A stretch of DNA of 64,000 bases, from sequence record NZ_CP145916.1; one strand, 5' to 3'. Shown in pieces: positions 21,799 to 32,243 of this stretch (position 1 is the stretch's first letter; each line of letters starts with the position of its first letter). The translations under genes and the position numbers were made by a program. The DNA comes from a plasmid. The notes beneath the pieces were generated by a model. That model had not been told where the DNA came from. It worked only from the letters and a program-made list of their open reading frames with translations, and ran no database searches.

Positions 21799-22564
21799 TA
21801 TGACGCTATCTCAATCTGAGCAACTACTGGTAATAGACACAGCCTTTGATCTGCTTATGTCAGACAGGGACTTGTTTGTAGTAAAAAACGACTTCACGCC
21901 AAACAAAATCAATGCGAAGCAAAGTGACAACTTTCAGAAGAACTGTAGCCTTCTTGAGCAGCCTGTTGATCTCTGCTGGACGTCAAGAAAAGGGTTCTCA
22001 GTCGGCGTCGTTTTCTACGGGCCAGACAGAGATATGCCCATCAGAGATAGCTTTCCCACCAGCAGCGGTACAAACACCTTCATAGCCAGATTCAACCTGT
22101 CAGGAATACATGCGCAGATAGCGAAGGCAGGGCAGACGTTAAGCGTGGAAAGCATTCAAAAGGCGCTAACTGAGCAAAACACTTTTTCTTCATGGCTATT
22201 TTGGCCGCAATATCCGCATGTGCAAAACATCCCCATCATGCACGATGATTACGGGTCAGCCTATGAACTATGGATGCAGCTCAGCGATTCATCCGGGGGA
22301 TACGTCGGTTTCCCTGATCGTGAGGCTGTGGGAGGTGTGAGGGCGGTATACAAAGGTAGTAACCGGACTAAAAATACTGGAGAGGTGATCTACCGGTTTC
22401 TTGTGACATTTGGCGGAAAATCGGATAACTATCATCTAATTGAATATGACGGGGAACTATACCTGTTGGATTATATGTATGACACCGTACCCCTAACTCA
22501 TGAGAACTACACTGAAATACACGCATCATGTAGTAAGGCCATGCCTAGAAAAACATGCAGGTAG
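21799..22564 (+). CDS. hypothetical protein
   Basis: ORF after gtccGGGGGGAactATG. Confidence 0.45.
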
Positions 22565-22633
22565 CTCACATCAAGAGCAATATGTAGTAACATACTGTTC
22601 TTCATTCCAACAATAACAAATATAGATATTAAA

Positions 22634-23008
22634 ATGAGAATATCCCTTAAAGGAATAATCAAAACATTGAAGGCATTTTTTTCTGTGTGCTTTATCCTAT
22701 TCCTAATGTTCGGCTTCATTACCACTATGGAGCGCCTTGTGTGGGTTAATGCTGATAGTTACCCTACGTTCCTCGCTAAAGATTTAGACTCTCCAGCACT
22801 TTCTGATCCTAATAGCATTGCTTCATCGATTGAATACTTCGAGAATGTTTGTGGTGAAGACAGAGGGTTGATGTCCTTTATCACTAAAAATAATGGTCTG
22901 TTCTTACGCTGTGATGACACTGTTGGCTTAACTTCATGGTTCAACGGAGTTTACAAACTCAATTATACGGAGAAGCTTAGCCATAAAATAGGTAATGAAC
23001 ATGACTGA
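22634..23008 (+). CDS. hypothetical membrane-anchored protein
   Basis: N-terminal TM. Confidence 0.35.
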   Translation: MRISLKGIIKTLKAFFSVCFILFLMFGFITTMERLVWVNADSYPTFLAKDLDSPALSDPNSIASSIEYFENVCGEDRGLMSFITKNNGLFLRCDDTVGLTSWFNGVYKLNYTEKLSHKIGNEHD

Positions 23009-23351
23009 GTTTTTGCGGTATTTTTTTCAAAATAATAAATTCCAGTTTTATTGCTCTGTAATTATTTTTTTCGTGGTAGCGCTGGGGATACGTGATGTGG
23101 GTATAGATACAAAAACCATTATCGGTATCTTTGGTGGCGCTGCCTTAATAAGCACGTCACACATGTACACAGTGGCGAAATCTGTTCTTACCTTTGTTGG
23201 TATTCCATCTGTAATCATTTTAAATCTGAGCGGATATCAGCTCGGCACGGAATATAAGACCTTTTACTATGGCTTGCTGATAGGTGCTTTTATTGCTTTG
23301 ATTTATTTCGAATACCGTCTTTACACAAGAAACAAACATGCTGGTAAGTAA
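22995..23351 (+). CDS. hypothetical integral membrane protein
   Basis: 3-4 TM segments. Confidence 0.4.
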   Translation: MNMTEFLRYFFQNNKFQFYCSVIIFFVVALGIRDVGIDTKTIIGIFGGAALISTSHMYTVAKSVLTFVGIPSVIILNLSGYQLGTEYKTFYYGLLIGAFIALIYFEYRLYTRNKHAGK

Positions 23352-23446
23352 ATCCAATATTCCTGTTATGAGGGTAGGGTAAGGTTAGCGTTACGCCTTT
23401 CTTAATTAAAGTGTATAGATTAAGAAAGGCTGGTGTAAAGAGCCTT

Positions 23447-24064
23447 TTAGAACTGCGGCTTTGTAGCGTTCTTCTCTTCCATAAATTTGATTCGGGCATT
23501 TGTCCAAGCAGGATCATACATTCTCAGTTTAGTGCCTGAAACCTCAAGCGTTGCAGAATCACTAGCGCATCCCATACCCGTTCCCGGCAGTGGTTTGTCA
23601 CACCATAATGGATTCATGTTATTTTGGGATACCGGCCCATATTTTTTCAGTGCTGCATCATTCATTGCCTTCTCGTTGTCTTTAGACCACGGGAGTTCAT
23701 AAGAGATTTGAGAGACGGCCATCGGGTTATTCTTGTCATACGGTACACGAGGCTCAAAGCTAACCTGCATCCTCGTACCATTGTTGTCGTAGACAAGGAA
23801 CATAATCTGTTCAGTACCAGTGATAAGGGTCGTCACTTGGCTCGGTAACGATTTAGACTCAGTGATCGCGCTCGATGATGCACCAAAGTTTTTAGCCATC
23901 GCAGTGCGGGCCTCTTCGATGCTCATCCCAGTCTTAACGCCACCTACATCGAAAGCTCGCACATCAACCGGATGGGTATCCTGCTGCGCTGAAAGGGCAG
24001 GGAATGCAATCAAAGGCATCGCTAAAAGAACTGCGCATCGTAACGCTGATAAATGATTCTTCAT
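23447..24064 (-). CDS. hypothetical secreted protein
   Basis: Signal peptide MKNHLSALRCAVLLAMPLIAFPALSAQ. Confidence 0.5.
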   Translation of the reverse strand: MKNHLSALRCAVLLAMPLIAFPALSAQQDTHPVDVRAFDVGGVKTGMSIEEARTAMAKNFGASSSAITESKSLPSQVTTLITGTEQIMFLVYDNNGTRMQVSFEPRVPYDKNNPMAVSQISYELPWSKDNEKAMNDAALKKYGPVSQNNMNPLWCDKPLPGTGMGCASDSATLEVSGTKLRMYDPAWTNARIKFMEEKNATKPQF

Positions 24065-24141
24065 TTTTTTCCTATGGTCTTCGTTGAGTGTTGCACCATT
24101 ACTGATGGGTTTTTCTTGTGATAGATGATACCAAGGCGGTC

Positions 24142-24206
24142 AAGGTGAAAAAAGCATGAACCGGATATATCTTTAAAATCAATACTTGGTGCGCATAATA
24201 GATATG
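24142..24206 (-). promoter_or_regulatory. conserved ~65-bp upstream element (copy A) ~80 nt 5' of gene 23447-24064
   Basis: ~85% identical to 25415-25480; both lie upstream of minus-strand secreted-protein genes. Confidence 0.5.
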
Positions 24207-24326
24207 TCGCTATTTTAAAAAGAGTTCTGACCGAATGCGATTGAATGGTTTTGGGAGTTACCGCATTCGGGAAGGTTCGTCTTTAGACATAGAGTGAATT
24301 ATGCGAACCTAAAATTTTTGTATCTG

Positions 24327-24725
24327 TTAGCCTCTACCATCAATACTATTATTCATATAGAAATCAACATATAACATATCAATTTCTCTTTCGGAAAATG
24401 CATCTTTAATTGAGCCATTTGTAAGGTTTAACTTTAACTTACTGATTGGCATTGAGTGAATTTTAGGTACAAGATGTTTTGTTGGCTTATGCTTCTTAAA
24501 TATTTCCGCTGAAACACCTGCTAACTTAGCATCTTGTTTATCATCTATATCAGATAAAAAGACGCTTGCAGCCAATATTTTTCCTGATATATCACGTATA
24601 CCAACAATATATGCTGACTTTAAATTGTTATATCCTTGTTCTGCATTGAATCCTGTATCGATATCATATTTTGTTTGAGTAGGGTTATTGTAAACGCATA
24701 AGCTTAATGGAATGTTAATACTCAT
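24327..24725 (-). CDS. hypothetical protein
   Basis: 132-aa ORF. Confidence 0.4.
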   Translation of the reverse strand: MSINIPLSLCVYNNPTQTKYDIDTGFNAEQGYNNLKSAYIVGIRDISGKILAASVFLSDIDDKQDAKLAGVSAEIFKKHKPTKHLVPKIHSMPISKLKLNLTNGSIKDAFSEREIDMLYVDFYMNNSIDGRG

Positions 24726-24952
24726 TATTTGTCCTTTTTTGTAAAATGATTTTACTGGATGAAAACATCGGTATTATTAGACTGGCTTATATATTACAAT
24801 TCAAGAGCTAAATTAAACATAAGGAAAATTTGAAATAAATAGGTAAATTACCAAAAAAATCAGTTAAGTAATCTGTACGTTAGCATTCTAGAGACTTTAT
24901 TTTCGATTAAAATTTGCTTTAGTCATAGAGCGCATTGTGCGAGCCATTAAGT

Positions 24953-25285
24953 TCAGAGTCCAGACTTAAAGTATAGTGTGAACTGTTCTGACTCACTGAA
25001 TTTGGGAAACTTTGCATTATTAATGGATTTTAGCACTGCTTTAATACATTGTTCGTCACCAGCTGTATATTCGACAGCTATGCTATTTTCTTCTTTTTTA
25101 GTTTGTAGTACTGCTACGCACCTTTCATCTTTTTTTAGTCCTGCACCCTGAAATTCTTTTTTTATGGTGTCTATGGCTTCTCTTAAATGTTCTCTTTCCA
25201 TCACATATGAATTCTCATATGAGTTTGCATATGAGCCGAATGCAGATACGAAGGTGATTGCTGCTATTAGATAGTGCAGTTTTTT
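24953..25285 (-). CDS. hypothetical secreted protein
   Basis: Signal peptide MKKLHYLIAAITFVSAFGSYA. Confidence 0.45.
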   Translation of the reverse strand, partial: KKLHYLIAAITFVSAFGSYANSYENSYVMEREHLREAIDTIKKEFQGAGLKKDERCVAVLQTKKEENSIAVEYTAGDEQCIKAVLKSINNAKFPKFSESEQFTLYFKSGL

Positions 25286-25414
25286 CATTTTATTCAAATC
25301 CATTGTCACGTTGAACGCTAGTGTAGGCACATGTGCCTATACTGGCAAGGTTTTATGCTTCTCTCAGGGCATTCCGTAAAACACCAAGCCTGCTGAACAC
25401 TACAAAAAACTAAA

Positions 25415-25480
25415 AAGGTGAAAAAAACACGAACCGGATAAGTCTTTTAAAATCAATAGCTTGGTGCGCATAATGTATCT
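25415..25480 (-). promoter_or_regulatory. conserved ~65-bp upstream element (copy B) 5' of gene 24953-25285
   Basis: aaggtgaaaaaaacacgaaccggataagtcttttaaaatcaatagcttggtgcgcataatgtatc vs copy A. Confidence 0.5.
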
Positions 25481-25709
25481 TATGTTAAATAGGCTTAAAC
25501 AAAGCCCATTAAGTCACAGTACCACGCGTATGAATTAGCATCAAGTGCTTTTTCGTGGGACTATCTTGCTCCCCCCCCTTCCCCCAGCAAAACATCAGAA
25601 ACAAAAAACCTCCAACGTTAGCGGCGATACGCGTCACCGCCTATGAACAAGGTTGGCATTAACCACCTACGAAAAGCCCCCATACAGGGAGCCTATGTCG
25701 TGGTTCAAC

Positions 25710-26243
25710 TTAACGGAACCACTCTGGATGGCGTAGTCGATCTGCACGGTGAACTGCGTTTGAGTATTCTAAGAAATCGTCTGATTTAATAATCGGGGTT
25801 TCGGGCCTTACAATGAATGGGCGCAAATAAATGGAATCTTTACTACCCGCCTTATTGTGATAAATATTCAACACACAATGCAATCGTTCATCAGGCTCAG
25901 ATATATCCCGCCATTGCTTAAAGCTCTGAGTGTTTTTGATGTAATTAATCAACACCGGAGCAATGCCACGTTTGTCCATCTCGGTAAGGCTTTTTTTCTT
26001 GGCTATCTTTTTCATTACCTGACCAATGAAATTGACATAATCACCAATAGGCGAATTATCAATTATATTCGGAGAATAAAAGTCATCTTTCGCCACGGTA
26101 AATAATTGCTGATGTTTGTAGCGAAAATCTCGAATATAGAAGACATGAGAGGTGAATGGGGTCGAATGGTTAAACCCTTCCATTTTCCAACCCAAACTAC
26201 GTAAAAGCTGTTCACTCATCTCTTTGTCTATCTCTTTAGTCAT
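25710..26243 (-). CDS. hypothetical protein
   Basis: 177-aa ORF. Confidence 0.45.
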   Translation of the reverse strand: MTKEIDKEMSEQLLRSLGWKMEGFNHSTPFTSHVFYIRDFRYKHQQLFTVAKDDFYSPNIIDNSPIGDYVNFIGQVMKKIAKKKSLTEMDKRGIAPVLINYIKNTQSFKQWRDISEPDERLHCVLNIYHNKAGSKDSIYLRPFIVRPETPIIKSDDFLEYSNAVHRADRLRHPEWFR

Positions 26244-26377
26244 TTAGGTATCCTTTCTGTTTAAGTAAGTTATCATGTAACGACATCTATTTTACGGCCC
26301 CCACTATGCGGGTCGAATAGCAAAGCCCGTCTTTTTTTCACTGCATAACAAACTGTTAATAAAGGAGTTTTGGAATT

Positions 26378-26872
26378 ATGGTTAAAAAACAAGACATTGA
26401 GCACTTTAACCCGGAGAAGTATTACCCCCCTTTTGACGCTGCCAAAACCATCGTTATTGATGGCAAAGAAGTGAAACTGCTTGAGTGCGAGACAGATACC
26501 AGCTACCTGAACGAGCCGCCACATGATTTAACGGAATTAAGCCTCCTTTCCCCCTTTGACCATCTGATCTCAGATGCCTTGTCTTATAACGTCAGCCTTC
26601 AACTTGTTGATAAAATTCGCCCTAGCTGGCCCATGCGCATTGTGGAATGGGTCATGATCCCTGACCTTCTGAAAGATGCCATTAAACGGCAAAAAGAAAC
26701 TGAGAAATACCTGAGTGACAGCCTAACTGCGTCACCAGAACGCCGGGCTGCACTTATCAGGGTATCCCGGTTAATCAGCGACGTGCGCTTGTCCATGATG
26801 AGCCCTGATGCGCAAGAAACTATCCGCAAAGCATTTGCCCTGATGACTTCGACCCATGCCCACCGTGACTGA
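26378..26872 (+). CDS. hypothetical protein
   Basis: Strong RBS aAAGGAGtt; 164 aa; C-terminus encoded by 44-bp repeat. Confidence 0.45.
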   Translation: MVKKQDIEHFNPEKYYPPFDAAKTIVIDGKEVKLLECETDTSYLNEPPHDLTELSLLSPFDHLISDALSYNVSLQLVDKIRPSWPMRIVEWVMIPDLLKDAIKRQKETEKYLSDSLTASPERRAALIRVSRLISDVRLSMMSPDAQETIRKAFALMTSTHAHRD

Positions 26873-26940
26873 TAATGCTTCTACCTAAAATGGTAAGTTG
26901 CCCGCAATGAATGACATTGTACGTGGGGTTGGAGGTTTGA

Positions 26941-27606
26941 TTGTCTAAGGTGCATCTCGTTACAAGCTGCTCTAAAAGTAAAAATGGCGCAGTGTTAGAT
27001 ACGGTTTTCCCGTCCTCATCGGCCTCTTTAAAAGAGGCTTATGACGAATGGACTGAGCTTTTAAAAAAACGATTTTCAGACCAAAACTCTGTGACTGAAA
27101 CGAAAAAATTGTACCGTGGCGAACACTGGAAAACGGCCCTTAAAATACACGATAAACTACCCGGCCTTTCACTGTGGGTTGTTTCTGCGGGTATTGGCTT
27201 ACGTCACCTTTCCGACCCTGCTGTGCCATATGAGGCCACATTCTCAAACACTGCTTACGACAGCAAAAGCATTTGGGAAAAGCTTATAAATTCGCCTCCG
27301 TTTCCGGGAAAAGCATCTTCCCTGAAAGAGTTACTTTCCCGAAACTCAGATGACATCTTTGTGATTGCCCTGTCTCCTGTTTACCTCAGAGCGATAGAGA
27401 ATGATCTGGCCGCTGGGGCTTATTATCTTCCCTGCCCCGATAGCCAGTTAATCATCGTCACATCCAAAGCGTATTCAGGCCCACTCAGTAAATATGCCCG
27501 CTACGGCGATAAAAGCATGTTAAAAGAGCTCAACGCCAACATGACTACTCTGAACATAAAACATGCAGATAAGATCGCCTCATCCCTCCCGCCTATTTTG
27601 CGTTAG
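26941..27606 (+). CDS. hypothetical protein
   Basis: TTG/GTG start after GGAGG; followed by second copy of 44-bp repeat. Confidence 0.45.
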   Translation: MSKVHLVTSCSKSKNGAVLDTVFPSSSASLKEAYDEWTELLKKRFSDQNSVTETKKLYRGEHWKTALKIHDKLPGLSLWVVSAGIGLRHLSDPAVPYEATFSNTAYDSKSIWEKLINSPPFPGKASSLKELLSRNSDDIFVIALSPVYLRAIENDLAAGAYYLPCPDSQLIIVTSKAYSGPLSKYARYGDKSMLKELNANMTTLNIKHADKIASSLPPILR

Positions 27607-27683
27607 CTATTTGCCCAGATGACTTCGACCCTATCCTTCCGTGGGTGATAATGGCTCTATCATAAACAGATAAGGAACCAGCG

Positions 27684-29230
27684 ATGAATGACATCGTGCG
27701 TAGAGAAGAGAAAATTGAGCGCCTTCAACGCTTCCAGTCCCTAAAGGCCGGGGCGTACTGGAAAGCGACTGAGGATATTACAGAAGAAGCGATTAACGCA
27801 GGTGACACCCTTCTTCTGATGTCAATCCGCTGGGTTGATAATCAGGCCCACACTATCATTTTGCGTGCGCATCCCCGTCATTTTGACGAGTACGTGATTA
27901 TCGAAGTCGAAGGCCCGGACGGTAAACTTCAAAAGAATCATAAGCGCATGGTAGAGCATCGTTTTCTGGTTCAAGACTTCCTTAATAAGTTCGAGTTTGA
28001 GCCTAATCACACGCAAATCCGGCAAACAGAAATTGCTTCCGTTCACGCGGAAATACACGCTCTACAGCAAGTGATGGATGACGCGATGACAAAGCCTGAG
28101 ATAATGAAGGCCATCGTGGATACGCAACTTGCAGCTGATGAAGAAAACGAGATCAAGAAACTTGATGGCAAAATAGAAAAGCCTTTGCTCCCTGCTGTTT
28201 TCGATGAGGTTGTCCCAGTCGTTACCGGCACTGTCCAAAACGCATTATCTATGGGGGGCGAAGCGCCCAGCATGGATGTGATGAAACAGGCTCTAAATAG
28301 AGAAAAACGTATAGCTGTTATCCAGACCAAGTGGCTTGAAAACCAGAAGCAGCAGATCAATAACATCATTAAAAAGCTGATGCCTTACTTCAATGAAATG
28401 CCCGCTGCGGCGCTGGCAATGAGTGAAGACGTGCGTGAGCATGTTGATAAGCTGGAGTCCGGTATTAAGTCGATGCTCCTGTACACAGGCGAACATGTTG
28501 AAATTGTGCCGGTTAAAAAAGGCAAGTCTGCATCGAGCGACATTCCACTGACGCTTGTACAGAAAAAGCTTATTGTTGAAGAAGAGCTGGCCGTCTGGGC
28601 TGATATTGACGAGTGGTTTGATTTCCGTTCCGAAAATCTCTTTTTCAAAGCGCTGAATGAACATCCTGAGCTGGTTACGCAAATTTTCCCGTCTGAACGT
28701 TGCGTGCTTGTCATGGCGATGACGAACCATGATGTTAACTACGGTGAGCCGTGGAGTAATGAAGAGAACAACAAAAGGAACCGTCGCGTTTTCCTGATGG
28801 TACGCGATGGCGAAAATATCTATCAGGTGTTCTCCCCAGTTGAAAGCCACCTCGGCTCTTCCCGTCTGTTCCCTGCCCGTGATGAAGGCGAGGCTATTTT
28901 CCGTGGCTTAGACGGTTCGCAGATTAAGTTTGATGATGTTGCCTACACTGACCGGCTGAAAGGATTTGACCTTCGCGCCCTTCACTATAAGCGGTTCCTA
29001 ATCCTCATCTGCGGGCTTGACCACCGTGAGAAGCTATTCGGTGACTTCTACGACGAGCCACAGTCTTTGGACTTCATCTCGATGAGGTTTCAGGAAGACT
29101 ATTGCCGGTTCCTGCATGATGAAGATGGTAGCGGGCTCTTGGCTGCTCATGATGACCGTCCTTCCCTCAATCAGTACATCATGGCTACATGCGCTCAGGC
29201 TCCCGTATGCTGTGTAACTGGCGTTCCGTT
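27684..29230 (+). CDS. large hypothetical protein, N-terminal ~500 codons (frame 0), apparent -1 frameshift near 29156-29290
   Basis: Open frame 27684-29627 but its last ~130 codons look non-protein-like and overlap frame-2 ORF by 440 bp. Confidence 0.5.
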
Positions 29231-31063
29231 ATGTCTCCTAATACGGCACCCGGAGCCTGTAAACAAGACACTAGTTCCCGGTATGGTCGTGGATGGAATT
29301 TTACCGCTGATCCTAAAGACAATATCAGTCTCGCAATCGCATACCGTAAAGCGCAGTCAATCTGTGTTGATGTCCCTGTTAAACGTCGATATTCAGATTC
29401 GTGGTTTAACTGCAAAGTTGACCTTGTTGCCAATGATGACCGCTATGAAAACGAAGACAATCAACTCCCGTACCTGTGTCTGGATGCTATCGAACCGGAC
29501 GATCTGGAGTGGTATGTCGTTAATCGTAAGTATCGTGGTGATCATCTTTTCTATATCCGTTTCTTCAAGATGGCCATCCAGTTTATCCGGGCTGAACGTG
29601 AGGCTGAAAAGCCTGTGCGTGAAATGATGGCGGATGCTCTGGATAAGGGAAATATCGGCGCACCAGCTGATCGCCCTTCCCTGATTTCCCAGTCTGTTAT
29701 CGCATGGCGGGCAGCAAAACGCGGCGCACCATTGACTGACGCACTGGATGATAAAAAATCATGGACTTCACTTTTAGATCAGATGTACATGCTGGCGGGC
29801 AATGCCGGTAATGAAATTGATGATGTGGCCGCGTTTGTAACCGAACTGGGATACAAGCCTCTGCGGCTGGTTGTTAACGCCACTGGTAAGCTGGCCGTTT
29901 ATGCCGAGTCCGTTCAGAATGAACGTGATGACCGTATGGAAAAGCATATCTGGGTTCACCGTATCAATATTGTTCGCGGTAAGCGCAAAATCAGGGAAAC
30001 AAGCCGGTCGTGGGCGATTCTGCCTGAGTCAGTGGCCTCTGAGACAACTATCCATCAGTGGGATGATGCGACAAACTGGACTGGGTTAACGTCCTCATTC
30101 ACGACATACCTTGCGAAGCAGCGTATTTTTGAACGTATTGATAATTGCCCCGACATCTTAAAACTGTTTTCTGGGAAAATGACCCGTGAAATTTTCAACT
30201 CCATTTTTGCTGAATGGTCTGAGGCTTACGATACGCTGACTATGGCGAGTAACACTATAACCACGCCAAAGCTTCTTATTCCGTTTGGATATCGGATTGG
30301 GGCAGATCATCCAATGTTTCTTTGTGTTTGCGTAACAAATCCTGAGCATCTTCTTTATAAGCTGGCCCCGGATGATGCAAGCCGCGATGCAATAAGAAAT
30401 AAGTATTTACGTTGGTACAAGGATGAGTTCAAAGATAAGTACGACGGAATATTCATGCGCAAGTTGAACGACCCTATTCGCTTTGAACTTTATTCATCAG
30501 GTGATGCGAATATCACGAATGGCCGTATGTTCAATGTGTCCGGCAATCCTTATCGTATGATAGAAAGTAATGTTCTGCCGGATCGCTTTGCGGATGCAAT
30601 GGAGTTCTATCAGGCAGAAATTAGCAACCCAAGTAGAAGTAACAGGACGACTATTTATATCTCTCCACAGGTGCTCAGTGAGTCAGGTGAGGTCTGTGTT
30701 GATACGTTGGTAAACAACCCGATGCCGGACAGCTACCAGCCTGTGCATCTCGTCCATATCAACCTTAACGACTATCGCCGTGGTCATAATAAGCAGGCAT
30801 CCTGCCGCTATAAAGACTCGGATGAAGAGATCTGTTATTCGCGTTGGTATGATGTGTGTGCTCGGGACGTTCCGACTGAATTGCTGGTGGCGGGGGTTAT
30901 CAGCAGTGACATTACAGTTGTCCGTTATCCATTCAATAGCACTAGCGCAGCCCTTGATTACGTCAGGCGTAAAGGCTCCTTTAACGAATACAAACCTATC
31001 ACCGAAGTGGAAGGCGTACCCGATGCGGCTATGCCACCAGCAGGTGTGATCCGAATGGTTTAA
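29156..31063 (+). CDS. large hypothetical protein, C-terminal ~600 codons (frame -1 relative to 27684 ORF)
   Basis: Frame-2 open from 29156; protein-like sequence from ~29280 (GWNFTADPKDN...). Confidence 0.5.
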   Translation, partial: PSFPQSVHHGYMRSGSRMLCNWRSVMSPNTAPGACKQDTSSRYGRGWNFTADPKDNISLAIAYRKAQSICVDVPVKRRYSDSWFNCKVDLVANDDRYENEDNQLPYLCLDAIEPDDLEWYVVNRKYRGDHLFYIRFFKMAIQFIRAEREAEKPVREMMADALDKGNIGAPADRPSLISQSVIAWRAAKRGAPLTDALDDKKSWTSLLDQMYMLAGNAGNEIDDVAAFVTELGYKPLRLVVNATGKLAVYAESVQNERDDRMEKHIWVHRINIVRGKRKIRETSRSWAILPESVASETTIHQWDDATNWTGLTSSFTTYLAKQRIFERIDNCPDILKLFSGKMTREIFNSIFAEWSEAYDTLTMASNTITTPKLLIPFGYRIGADHPMFLCVCVTNPEHLLYKLAPDDASRDAIRNKYLRWYKDEFKDKYDGIFMRKLNDPIRFELYSSGDANITNGRMFNVSGNPYRMIESNVLPDRFADAMEFYQAEISNPSRSNRTTIYISPQVLSESGEVCVDTLVNNPMPDSYQPVHLVHINLNDYRRGHNKQASCRYKDSDEEICYSRWYDVCARDVPTELLVAGVISSDITVVRYPFNSTSAALDYVRRKGSFNEYKPITEVEGVPDAAMPPAGVIRMV

Positions 31064-31104
31064 GTAGAAAAATATCTTTTTTTCGCGGGGGGCGATTGAA
31101 GAAA

Positions 31105-31560
31105 ATGTTAGATGCAAAGTATCAACTGACCAGCGGCATTGTCAGGCTGTCTCAGGCTGATGAGTGGGAGTCGGCCCGAAAAGAGTGGCAGCTTGACCAT
31201 ATCTATAAAACGGCGCGGCCTATGAGTTGCCTGTGTGGGCATACACCTATCAGTAACGTGTGTGTACTGAAAAATAGGCTGAACAAAAGAACAACCTCAG
31301 TCGGTAATTGCTGTGTAAAAAAATTCATGGGTATGCCGTCTGATGCCATTTTCAACGCGGTAAACCGTGTGGCAAAAGACGACAGCAAATCCGCCAACAT
31401 TCATACATTAAGGCTTGCACTGGAAAAACGGATCATTACCCAGTGGGAATTTGATTTTTACTCAGACACGATGAATAAACGAAAATTGACACCAAAACAG
31501 GTTGCCACGCGCAAGCGAATCAATCAGAAGCTGGGCCAGCTGATGAAGGAAGTGAACTGA
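31105..31560 (+). CDS. hypothetical Cys-rich protein
   Basis: CLCGH...CVLKN...CCVKKF. Confidence 0.45.
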   Translation: MLDAKYQLTSGIVRLSQADEWESARKEWQLDHIYKTARPMSCLCGHTPISNVCVLKNRLNKRTTSVGNCCVKKFMGMPSDAIFNAVNRVAKDDSKSANIHTLRLALEKRIITQWEFDFYSDTMNKRKLTPKQVATRKRINQKLGQLMKEVN

Positions 31561-32009
31561 TGGAAAACTTAGTTCTGCCTCCGTACCTTGAACGTCTCCA
31601 CGCGGCCCTTATGGTTGTGGATGGTGCGCCCGTTGAATGTGATGGTCATACGCTGATGGTAAGTACGGCACTGTCAAAAGCTGGCATTGAGCATGAGCGT
31701 GTGATGGGAAGTGTCTCGAACCAGTACGGTACATTTGTCATAGCTCCCCACCAGTGGATCAAGATAGGCGGTTACATTCTTGATTACCGGTTGCGGATGT
31801 GGGTACGTATCCTTTCTGGCGAAATTCACGTCTCCGGGGCACCGCACGGCATCTTCATTAACAATGATGCGCACGGCTATCAGTACACGGCCACAAAGGT
31901 TCTGGCCCCGGCTGATTTAAGTATGCAGGTGCTCAATTTCATGACTGATGGTTTTGCTGGGAAACTGGTTATTCCTGAGCGAGAGTCAGAGGTTGTCTGT
32001 GATGGGTAA
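31560..32009 (+). CDS. hypothetical protein
   Basis: ATGA-coupled to upstream gene. Confidence 0.45.
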   Translation: MENLVLPPYLERLHAALMVVDGAPVECDGHTLMVSTALSKAGIEHERVMGSVSNQYGTFVIAPHQWIKIGGYILDYRLRMWVRILSGEIHVSGAPHGIFINNDAHGYQYTATKVLAPADLSMQVLNFMTDGFAGKLVIPERESEVVCDG

Positions 32010-32243
32010 GCTGGGAAGACAAGGGATATGCGCACTGAGCTGGCGAAGATGTCTGAAATTATCAGGGAGGCATTTTCAGAGCGATACATTTCAAATGAAA
32101 AGTAATTGTTCAAAAAGCGCTCAGCGGTAAAAACCAAAAGGTTTCATACTGTTGAAAGGATTAGCATTATCTTATCCCCTGATTTTGTGGATAAGATAAT
32201 GCAGTATAGGAAACTAACGCGAACAATACTGCCAATACCACAC

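Noticed and set aside
28043-28850. Minus-strand ORFs 28043-28369, 28293-28850 and 28385-28714 inside the large plus-strand gene
   Set aside because: They are mutually overlapping antisense frames with low-complexity Ser/Cys-rich products and no RBS. The plus-strand long ORF is preferred.
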